The notes under the pieces are model-generated. The model searched no databases. It saw only the letters and a list, made by a program, of their open reading frames with translations, and was not told the DNA's origin. A program made the translations under genes and the position numbers. 64,000 nucleotides of DNA, taken from positions 64,001 through 128,000 of the forward strand of contig CAMTVK010000002.1 of assembly GCA_947085185.1 (NCBI GenBank), given 5' to 3'. Below are positions 38,329 to 48,546 of this stretch, one piece after another. The stretch's first letter is position 1. Every line of letters begins with the position of its first letter. Source of the DNA: Candidatus Fraserbacteria bacterium. GTDB lineage: Bacteria > Bipolaricaulota > Bipolaricaulia > RBG-16-55-9 > DRXL01.

Positions 38329-38949
38329 GTGCGCAGACTATGGTTGTGCGCAGCAATGCTCGTCTTGGGCGTTGCGTTGCCTGCTTTGGGACAGAGTGCC
38401 ATTGAAGAGCTCGCCAAACAGCAGATCGCCCAGAAGACCGGGCTCGACCCCAAACTCTTAGCGACGCTCTTTGTCACCGACGGCGACAATCAATTTATCT
38501 TGGCGTTCGTCTACGTCACCGATCAGACGATGCAGAGCCAGCTCAAGGCGGAGCTCAAACAAGCGATCGCTCCCTATGTGAACAAGCGTGCGCTCTTGAC
38601 GCTGCTCGCTCCGGCGAAGGCGTCGTTCTTCGATCCGGCGCGTATTCACTTTGAGCAAGGGCAGGCGCGCTTTCTGCTCTCAGAGCAATCTCTTATAAGA
38701 GTCACTCCAGACTTTGGCGCAGGGAAGTTTGAGTCGGGCACGGTGAGCGCAGGGATCCTCTTGCTCAGCGATGGGCTTGATCTGAGTAAGCCGTTTCGGA
38801 TCTATTACGGCGCTCAGTCTACGGTCTTCTCGCTGACGGGGACACTGCCGGCACAGCCCAACCCGTTTGCTCAGCTACTCTTCCTCTTGCAATTTCTGTT
38901 CTTAAATATTCTGCTGCTCTTCTTGATCCCGTTCTTGTTGGGGCTGTAA
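38329..38949 (+). CDS. Exported protein with C-terminal TM anchor
   Basis: Signal peptide; hydrophobic C-terminus; SD AAGGAG. Confidence 0.8.
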   Translation: MRRLWLCAAMLVLGVALPALGQSAIEELAKQQIAQKTGLDPKLLATLFVTDGDNQFILAFVYVTDQTMQSQLKAELKQAIAPYVNKRALLTLLAPAKASFFDPARIHFEQGQARFLLSEQSLIRVTPDFGAGKFESGTVSAGILLLSDGLDLSKPFRIYYGAQSTVFSLTGTLPAQPNPFAQLLFLLQFLFLNILLLFLIPFLLGL

Positions 38950-38995
38950 GCCGATCTGACATCTCGGGCAGGCTTTTCGCACCCTGTCCTTGTTT

Positions 38996-39181
38996 TCATG
39001 GAGGCGGCTGAGGCTGCTGTCTCCCCCGCAAGCGCCAGAGAAACCCCAAACCGATGCCAATGCTCGCTGTCCCTATGAGAGCGCCAAATTCTTCCCCTCG
39101 ATAGAAGAGCACAACGATAGCCCCCAAAAGAATAAGCGTCACCGCTCCTACAACGCGAAGACGACTCGTCAGCGTGCTCAT
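38996..39181 (-). CDS. Small two-TM membrane protein
   Basis: Two hydrophobic segments; ATGA overlap with the upstream ATPase gene. Confidence 0.65.
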   Translation of the reverse strand: MSTLTSRLRVVGAVTLILLGAIVVLFYRGEEFGALIGTASIGIGLGFLWRLRGRQQPQPPP

Positions 39182-40575
39182 CGCTGTTCCTTGGGTGGGC
39201 CGTCATAGACGAGCCGCCCGCCCTCAAGCCTCCAGAGTCGGGTGCCAGAGAACTCTTCCGAAGAAGATACTAAGAGAATCGTCGTCCCTTGCCGGTGCAG
39301 CTCCCGCAGCAACGTCAGAATCTCGCTCTGCCCGAGAGGATCGAGCGCAGAGAGCGCCTCATCGAGAATGAGCACACGAGGCTGCAGGGCCAGCATGGCC
39401 GCAATGGCCAAGCGCACTTGCTCGCCCACGCTCAACCGATGCGATGGCTGCGCAGAAAATCGCTCCCAGTCCAACCCGACGGCTGCGCAGGCCCACCGCG
39501 CGCGCTGTTCCCCTTCACGAAGACCGATCCCTTGAACAGCTAACCCCAGAAAGAGCTCTTCTCGGACGCTCTCCCCTAAGAGCTGCTGATGCGGTTCTTG
39601 GAAGACTAATCCGACACAGCGCACGCGCTCGCTCGCCCTCAAAGTGTTTATAGGGGTATCGTTCCATAGGACGCACCCAGAAGTCGGCTGCGCCAAGCCC
39701 GCAAGAAGCTCGACCAACGTCGATTTCCCTGAGCCCTCCGGCCCGGTGATGACGATAAATTCTTCTGCGGTCACGTCAGCCGAAAAATTTTTTAAGACGG
39801 GGGCAGTGTCATAAGCGAAGGCCAAGTCGCGCACTTGGAGACAAAAAGTGATAGGGGAACTCCCCTTCCCGAAGGGGCCTGGGGTTAGGGGGGCTGGGGA
39901 TGAGGGTAAGAGAGAGGGGAAGGCTATCGCTCGGCCATGCTCCAGCCGTATCACCCGATCGGCATAGCCCTCCCAGAACTCCCTGTGTGAGATGATGAGC
40001 ACTCCCTTGTGCTGCGCGCGCAGGTCTTGTACCAGAGAGAGCAGGAGTGTCAGACCCTCACGGTCGGCCGTTCGGTCTGGCTCGTCGAGAATATAATACT
40101 CTGGGTCCATGGCGAGCAAGCCCGCCAGGGCGACGCGCTGGCGCTCCGCTGGGGTGAGCGCTTCGATAGGGCTGAGAGCTTTTGCGCGCAGCCCCACGCG
40201 CTCAAGCGCTTCCCATGAGCGCTTCTGGATATCTTCTGAGGGGAGCGCGAGATTCTCTAACCCAAACGCTACGTCTTCTAAAGGCGTCTGCGCGATGATC
40301 TGCTCGTGGCTCTCTTGGAAGAGCAGCCCCACGCGGCGCCGGATCTCGCGCACATCGCGATCTGTTCGGAGCCCGTCCACCGTGATTGTGCCCTCCGTAG
40401 GGATGAGCAAGCCCGCTATATAGCGCGCGAGGGTCGTCTTGCCGGAGCCGTTGCGCCCCATCAGTAAGACGATCTCGCCCCGCTCCAGCGTGAGATCAAT
40501 CCCATCAAAGAGCACGTCGTCAGGGCGCGAACCAGACGAGGACAGGCGATGGACGAGCCCGCGCACTGCGATCAT
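39178..40575 (-). CDS. Duplicated ECF-type ABC ATPase (EcfA-A' fusion)
   Basis: Two Walker A motifs (GRNGSGKTT, GPEGSGKST); VGLLFQE...EDVAFGLEN. Confidence 0.85.
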   Translation of the reverse strand: MIAVRGLVHRLSSSGSRPDDVLFDGIDLTLERGEIVLLMGRNGSGKTTLARYIAGLLIPTEGTITVDGLRTDRDVREIRRRVGLLFQESHEQIIAQTPLEDVAFGLENLALPSEDIQKRSWEALERVGLRAKALSPIEALTPAERQRVALAGLLAMDPEYYILDEPDRTADREGLTLLLSLVQDLRAQHKGVLIISHREFWEGYADRVIRLEHGRAIAFPSLLPSSPAPLTPGPFGKGSSPITFCLQVRDLAFAYDTAPVLKNFSADVTAEEFIVITGPEGSGKSTLVELLAGLAQPTSGCVLWNDTPINTLRASERVRCVGLVFQEPHQQLLGESVREELFLGLAVQGIGLREGEQRARWACAAVGLDWERFSAQPSHRLSVGEQVRLAIAAMLALQPRVLILDEALSALDPLGQSEILTLLRELHRQGTTILLVSSSEEFSGTRLWRLEGGRLVYDGPPKEQR

Positions 40576-41758
40576 ACGTGGGAGGGGGCACACACGGACA
40601 GGTCTTGCCCAGTTGGCTGAGCACCCACTGGAGAGCTCGAGGGAGCGTCTCGGACTCTCGCTCCGTGATGACATCGGGGGTGAGACCGGCCTCGTGCACG
40701 GGATGGCCCTTGGGCGTGAAATACTCTGCCGTCGTGAGCAGGAGCGCCGAGCCGTCGCTGAGCGTAAACGACGTCTGAATAACGCCCTTGCCAAACGTCC
40801 TCTTGCCGAAGAGCACCCCCATCTGGCGCTCGCGAATCGCCCCGGCGACGATCTCCGAAGCACTCGCTGTGCCGCGATTGACCAACACGGCCAAGGGGAG
40901 ATTGGGATAGCGATTGCCCTTGGAGTTGTAGACTTCTGAGCCGTTGCGACTCCGCACTTTAAGTACTGGCCCTTCGTCAATAAAGAGACTCGCTAGATCT
41001 ACGGCTTGGTTGAGCAGCCCGCCTGGGTTATTGCGCAGATCTAAGATCACCCCCTTGACGCCCTTGGCGAGCAGATCTTGCAGCGCTTTCTCGACCTCGA
41101 CACGCGTCATCGTATTGAACGTATAGACTTGGATGTAGCCGACCTGGCCGCCCGCAAGCAGACTGTGACTGACGATCTTGATCGTGATCGTGTCGCGCAC
41201 GATCTCGAAGAGCTTTTCCGAGCCGTCTTCACGACGGATCTTCAACGTCACAGAAGTGCCCTTGGGGCCGCGCAATTTCTTCACAGCTTGCTCTTGAGTG
41301 ATCCCTTCAGTAGACTGCCCATCAATTTCGAGGATCCAATCCCCAGCCTCGATGCCTGCGCGACTTGCGGGGGTGTCGTACAGCGGAGCGACGACTAAGA
41401 GCTTGCCATCTCGAACTTCGATCTGCATCCCCAGCCCGCCAAATTCTTCGATGACTTCTTTCTCAAAGCCTTCGTTGAACTGCCGATACTCTTCTGCGGG
41501 CAAATACCGGCTATAGGGGTCTTCCAAGGCCTCGACCATGCCCTTGAGGGCCCCTTTGAGCAAGCGCGCATCTGGAGCGTTTTCTGGCCTGTAAAAATTC
41601 GATTTGATGCGCTGATGCGCTTCGAAGAGCGGGGTAAAGAGCGTCGGAGCATGGGGCTGCTGCCCGCGCGCAGCAAAGAGCCCCCATAGCCCAGCGGCAA
41701 CGACAAGAAAGACCAAACTCAATAATAAGCCGCGATAGAATGTCTTCTTAGGTGTCAT
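40520..41758 (-). CDS. ctpA: C-terminal processing protease, S41 family
   Basis: PDZ domain, DLRNNPGG, TASASE and TFGKG motifs. Confidence 0.93.
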   Translation of the reverse strand: MTPKKTFYRGLLLSLVFLVVAAGLWGLFAARGQQPHAPTLFTPLFEAHQRIKSNFYRPENAPDARLLKGALKGMVEALEDPYSRYLPAEEYRQFNEGFEKEVIEEFGGLGMQIEVRDGKLLVVAPLYDTPASRAGIEAGDWILEIDGQSTEGITQEQAVKKLRGPKGTSVTLKIRREDGSEKLFEIVRDTITIKIVSHSLLAGGQVGYIQVYTFNTMTRVEVEKALQDLLAKGVKGVILDLRNNPGGLLNQAVDLASLFIDEGPVLKVRSRNGSEVYNSKGNRYPNLPLAVLVNRGTASASEIVAGAIRERQMGVLFGKRTFGKGVIQTSFTLSDGSALLLTTAEYFTPKGHPVHEAGLTPDVITERESETLPRALQWVLSQLGKTCPCVPPPTYDRSARARPSPVLVWFAP

Positions 41759-41805
41759 ACCGTTCGATCTTAGCACGAGCGCAGGGGCTTTGCAAGATGT
41801 TTGGA

Positions 41806-43137
<1,332 letters not shown>

Positions 43138-43223
43138 ACGAAGCCCTCCGTTCTATGAGGGCTATTATAACGTCTGGAGGCCTTCCAAGCGAGCCCGCGC
43201 CCTTTGGTGTACAATACTGATAT

Positions 43224-43451
43224 ATGACCGTCTTGAATGCAGCTGCGGTGCGGCGTTGGCTTGCGGACCAACAAGCTGCTCACAGCTATATAGAGCGAGA
43301 GCGCATCCGTAGGCTGTTAGCGTTGACACCCCAAGAGGCTCAGCGAATCTATCTCGCTTTAAGCGAGGAGTGGTTGTCCTACACAGATCGTATGGAGCCG
43401 TCGCCATTATTGCTGGCGATGCGCCGTGCGCTTGCTCAACGATCCCCATGA
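43224..43451 (+). CDS. Small partner protein of a nucleotidyltransferase
   Basis: 75 aa; ATGA overlap with the NTase gene. Confidence 0.65.
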   Translation: MTVLNAAAVRRWLADQQAAHSYIERERIRRLLALTPQEAQRIYLALSEEWLSYTDRMEPSPLLLAMRRALAQRSP

Positions 43452-44026
43452 CTCTCTTGCAAGCTGCTGCAGAGATAGCCGCGTTCCTCGACGAGCGCAG
43501 CATAGATTACGTGATCTTGGGAGGCTTAGCTGTCCAGCATTGGGGCGAGCCACGCACAACGCACGACATAGACGTTACTGTCATGGTTCCTCAAGAACGC
43601 TTGGAAGAGTTTGCCCAAGAGATCCTCCAACGATTTCGGCCTCGCTTGCCCGATGCTTTAGGTTTTGCCTTACGCCATCGCGTCTTGCTGGTTGAGAGTA
43701 CCTCAGGAGTGCCCATAGATATTTCACTAGGGATTCCCGGCTACGAAGAAGAAGTCATGCGTCGGGCGGTGAGAGTAAGCTTACCTGGTGGCGTTTCTGT
43801 CCGCTTTATCAGTGCGGAAGATTTGCTAGTGCACAAATGCGTAGCTGGGCGGGTGCGCGACCAGGAGGATATAGAGCGCATTCTCATCCGGCAACGGCTC
43901 CAGCTCGACTTCGAGTACATCCGGCGATGGCTTCACGACTTTGTTCCCCTTGTGAGCACCCATGACGTCGTAGCAATCTTTGAGGAAGCCCTGCGCAAAG
44001 CACGGCAAGCCCTACAGGATCTCTAG
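43448..44026 (+). CDS. Nucleotidyltransferase (AbiEii/DUF6036-like)
   Basis: GGLAV..WGEPRTTHDID and EDLLVHK..AGR..D.ED motifs. Confidence 0.82.
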   Translation: MTLLQAAAEIAAFLDERSIDYVILGGLAVQHWGEPRTTHDIDVTVMVPQERLEEFAQEILQRFRPRLPDALGFALRHRVLLVESTSGVPIDISLGIPGYEEEVMRRAVRVSLPGGVSVRFISAEDLLVHKCVAGRVRDQEDIERILIRQRLQLDFEYIRRWLHDFVPLVSTHDVVAIFEEALRKARQALQDL

Positions 44027-44028
44027 CG

Positions 44029-44418
44029 TCACGCCCGGCGCAGCTGCGCGTTGATCCCGTTCTTGTCAATGCTGAGAGTGAAGACCATCTTGCGTTGCTC
44101 CCCGGTCTTCTTCTTGATCTCCAAAGAAGCCGTCAGATAGAACCCTGTCTCGGTCAGCTCTAATCTGCTCACGTCAATGCGAATCACAGCGTCGGGGTTG
44201 GCAGCGTCTATGCGAATCCCACGATCTTGAAACTTGACCGTGAGCTGCCCCAACACGCCCTCTTGGACAAAGCCAGGGATGTTCTCTATCGGCTCAATCG
44301 CGACGGTCTCGATCCCGCGCAGCGGGTCCGCCGATACTTCGTAGATCGTCCAACTCATCGCCACGGCTATGAGCACGAGAAACGCGCCTGCGCCGACAAG
44401 CCACCATCGCGTCTGCAT
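44029..44418 (-). CDS. Exported hypothetical protein
   Basis: N-terminal TM segment; SD AAGGAGG. Confidence 0.75.
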   Translation of the reverse strand: MQTRWWLVGAGAFLVLIAVAMSWTIYEVSADPLRGIETVAIEPIENIPGFVQEGVLGQLTVKFQDRGIRIDAANPDAVIRIDVSRLELTETGFYLTASLEIKKKTGEQRKMVFTLSIDKNGINAQLRRA

Positions 44419-44429
44419 AAAGCCTCCTT

Positions 44430-45164
44430 TCAGTCTTTACGTGCTTCCACGAAATATGAGCTTTGCGAAAGCTTTGGCAAGATGCTCTCCAGAGACTCAT
44501 CCGGAGGGAGCCTCACCAACAAGCCGTCCTGGCGCCCCAAGATAAGAATTCCCTTGATGCTCTGCAGTAGGCTCTCCAACTCCCGTACAGGCGTCTCCTC
44601 TCGAAAGACTACGCGAATAGTCACAGGATGCGCGTGCACAAGCTGAGCAACACGATCAGTCGGGGAACTCGGGATCGTCATCTCTTGCGGGTGTAGCACT
44701 GGTGCAGATTGCTCTGGGGATTTTTTGATGATCTCTTGGGAAGGGAGAACCGAAGCCGTCGAGCTGAGCGACGAGAAGAACGGCGCTGGCTTGAAATAGA
44801 TCACCCCGACCAAACCCACAATAATCACGAACTGGGCGAGTATCACCACGCGCGCGAACGTGGGCACCGGCTCGCGCATGGGGAGGAATTTTTCCCGAAG
44901 AGCTTTCAGCCATGAAGGTTCTTGACGCATCGTGACAATGAGCTGAGCGCAGCGCCGACAGGTCAAGAGATGAGCTGTGACTTCTGCACGGGTCGTTGGA
45001 CTTCCAGCTTGCACCCTAGCAACATCAACGGCACGGCTTCTCTGAAGTCGCCCTGCGATATAGTCCCGCAAGACGCTCTCAAGAGGATGGGATGAATGCT
45101 CTACATGTGTGAGCGGAGCTTCGATGATCCCCTTGAGTTGATCTCGCTCGGACATGACAACCAC
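44430..45164 (-). CDS. Anti-sigma-like membrane protein (HxxxCxxC)
   Basis: HLLTCRRC, one TM segment, C-terminal domain. Confidence 0.65.
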   Translation of the reverse strand: MVVMSERDQLKGIIEAPLTHVEHSSHPLESVLRDYIAGRLQRSRAVDVARVQAGSPTTRAEVTAHLLTCRRCAQLIVTMRQEPSWLKALREKFLPMREPVPTFARVVILAQFVIIVGLVGVIYFKPAPFFSSLSSTASVLPSQEIIKKSPEQSAPVLHPQEMTIPSSPTDRVAQLVHAHPVTIRVVFREETPVRELESLLQSIKGILILGRQDGLLVRLPPDESLESILPKLSQSSYFVEARKD

Positions 45165-45208
45165 CCTTTCAGTATAGCATACGAGTGCACACTTTCGATA
45201 GAGATTCG

Positions 45209-45754
45209 CTATGATGTCTTTTGCGCGGTCAATTCGTCAAAAGCTTCGTTGATCAGTCTCTCTTGATAGCTGAAGCTCACTTGATGCCCGACGAACTCGT
45301 GCATCTCGGCTTGGGTCAAGTGGGTATTTACTAGGTCTTCGCAATCTATGGGAACTTTGAGATCGGACATGCGGAATCCCGCGCGGATGCGCTCCAGTAT
45401 TTGGGCGCGTCGAGTCTGATCTATCAGACCGCCGCAACAGATACAGTGTGGCCCCTTCTGATGATCCGTCTCTTCGTCAAGGACAAGCCCGTCGTCAGGG
45501 CCAGCGCCGCCGTGGCTGAGCCGATAGAGCAAGTACGCCGCAACGTTGTCGGGGTTGCGTGCCCGTCTTTTGGCTTGGGCGAACGCTTGGAAGCGTCGCG
45601 TGATCGAGTAGTCTTTCACGTCGCCGCCCTTGAGGATAAATTCCCAGCGGCGCAGCGCGTCCCAATCGAGTTCGGTCTCGCAGAGCGCGACCTCGTAGAC
45701 GCACGAGCGAAAGACCGCGATCGCAAGCTGACTCGGTTCAATCTTGTCGGACAT
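45209..45754 (-). CDS. Hypothetical protein
   Basis: ORF from MSDKIEP; HCICC motif. Confidence 0.65.
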   Translation of the reverse strand: MSDKIEPSQLAIAVFRSCVYEVALCETELDWDALRRWEFILKGGDVKDYSITRRFQAFAQAKRRARNPDNVAAYLLYRLSHGGAGPDDGLVLDEETDHQKGPHCICCGGLIDQTRRAQILERIRAGFRMSDLKVPIDCEDLVNTHLTQAEMHEFVGHQVSFSYQERLINEAFDELTAQKTS

Positions 45755-45821
45755 ACGGTTCCCTATTTGCTCCAATTTTACGTGGTACGGAGGGATTTGT
45801 CGAATTATAATCAGATTCTCT

Positions 45822-46757
45822 ATGAAAAGAGTCTTAGAGTCTGCGCGGTGGGTGATCGAGCGGGCGGAGCACGTCACTCTTCATGAAGAAGCGGTGCGCC
45901 GGAGTGCTCGCGAGCTCGAAGAGTGCTCGCTCGATCTTGTGTGGGATGGGCTGCACTTTCGCGATGGCACGGAGCGCACGGTGCAGTATCTCTTTGTATT
46001 GGATTGTTTGAATTTCTGTTTCTGGCCGGAGCCGCGCTGGTGCTATCGTAACTTAGACGGCTACGTCGCGCTCGCGACGGCCCTCAAAGACGCCGTCGCG
46101 CGCGGGGATCCCATTCTCGATGCGACTTTCCTTGCACAGATCAGCTGGGAAGATCTGCACACCATACTCGATGGAGAGAACGAGATCCCGTTGATAGAAG
46201 AGCGAGTGAGGATCTTGCGCGAGGCTGGGGCAGTCTTGCAGAAAAAATATGACGGACAGGCAGCGCGGTTGGTCGAGCGCGCGGAGCGCTCGGCGGTGCG
46301 CCTGGTTGAGTTGCTCGTTCAAGATTTTTCGAGCTTTCGCGATGAAGCCCTCTATCGTGGGCGCAGAGTCTATTTTTACAAGAGAGCTCAGATCTTCTGC
46401 GCCGATCTATACGGGGCTTTTGCGGGGCGGGGCTGGGGGGAGTTTTCGGACATAGATGAGCTGACGGCGTTTGCGGACTATAAAGTTCCGCAAGTCTTGC
46501 GGCAGCTTGGGGTCTTGCGCTACAGCGCAGAGCTAGCTGATAGCATAGATCGTCGTGAGGAACTGCTTCCGGGCAGTCCTGAAGAGATCGAGATTCGCGC
46601 GGGCACGATCTGGGCAGTAGAATTGCTGAAGCGCGCGCTCGAGAGACTCGGAAAGACATGGCGCAGCTTTGAGATTGATTGGCGCTTATGGAGTCTTGGG
46701 CAGAGAGAAGAATTTCGCAAGAACCCGTACCATCGGGTGAGGACGATCTATTATTAG
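45822..46757 (+). CDS. Queuosine nucleotide glycosylase (DUF2419/Qng1)
   Basis: LNFCFW, FRD, FYKRAQI, FADYKVPQ, EIEIR and HRVRTIYY motifs. Confidence 0.9.
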   Translation: MKRVLESARWVIERAEHVTLHEEAVRRSARELEECSLDLVWDGLHFRDGTERTVQYLFVLDCLNFCFWPEPRWCYRNLDGYVALATALKDAVARGDPILDATFLAQISWEDLHTILDGENEIPLIEERVRILREAGAVLQKKYDGQAARLVERAERSAVRLVELLVQDFSSFRDEALYRGRRVYFYKRAQIFCADLYGAFAGRGWGEFSDIDELTAFADYKVPQVLRQLGVLRYSAELADSIDRREELLPGSPEEIEIRAGTIWAVELLKRALERLGKTWRSFEIDWRLWSLGQREEFRKNPYHRVRTIYY

Positions 46758-46860
46758 CATCAGCTCCGCGGTAGATTCAGGCCATGCCGCGTTTCTATAA
46801 CGGGTATTTTGGGGAAGTATTCCAGTTTGCAAAGCCTACGTTGCTTTTCTAGCATACTAG

Positions 46861-48102
<1,242 letters not shown>

Positions 48103-48141
48103 TCGGTGCGTCTGTGTTGGGATAGAATATCTTGGGCAGCT

Positions 48142-48546
48142 ATGCGCTCAGAATACTTTGTGTACGCGTTCGCGTTCGTGATGGTAGCGATCGGGCTGTG
48201 GAATCTCTTTCGCTATGACCAAGTTGGCATTGCGTCGTGGTACGGCGAGCCCTTCCACGGGCGGCGCACCAGCAGCGGCGAAATCTACGATATGTACAAG
48301 CTCACTGCAGCCCATCTGACACTGCCCTTCGGCACAGTCGTGCTCGTCACGGACTTAGATACGGGCAAGAGCGTCGTCGTGCGCATCACCGACTGCGGGC
48401 CCTATGTCGAAGGGCGCATCATTGATCTCTCGTTCGCCGCGGCGCAGAAGCTCGGCATGGTGCGCAAAGGGCTCGCGAGAGTGGGCCTCAAAGTGCTTAA
48501 GTACCCGGAGACCCCCCCCAAGAAAAAATGCTTACCCGACAAGTAG
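48142..48546 (+). CDS. rlpA: RlpA-like lytic transglycosylase
   Basis: GIASWYG..FHGR, TAAH.TLPFG and RIIDLS motifs. Confidence 0.88.
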   Translation: MRSEYFVYAFAFVMVAIGLWNLFRYDQVGIASWYGEPFHGRRTSSGEIYDMYKLTAAHLTLPFGTVVLVTDLDTGKSVVVRITDCGPYVEGRIIDLSFAAAQKLGMVRKGLARVGLKVLKYPETPPKKKCLPDK

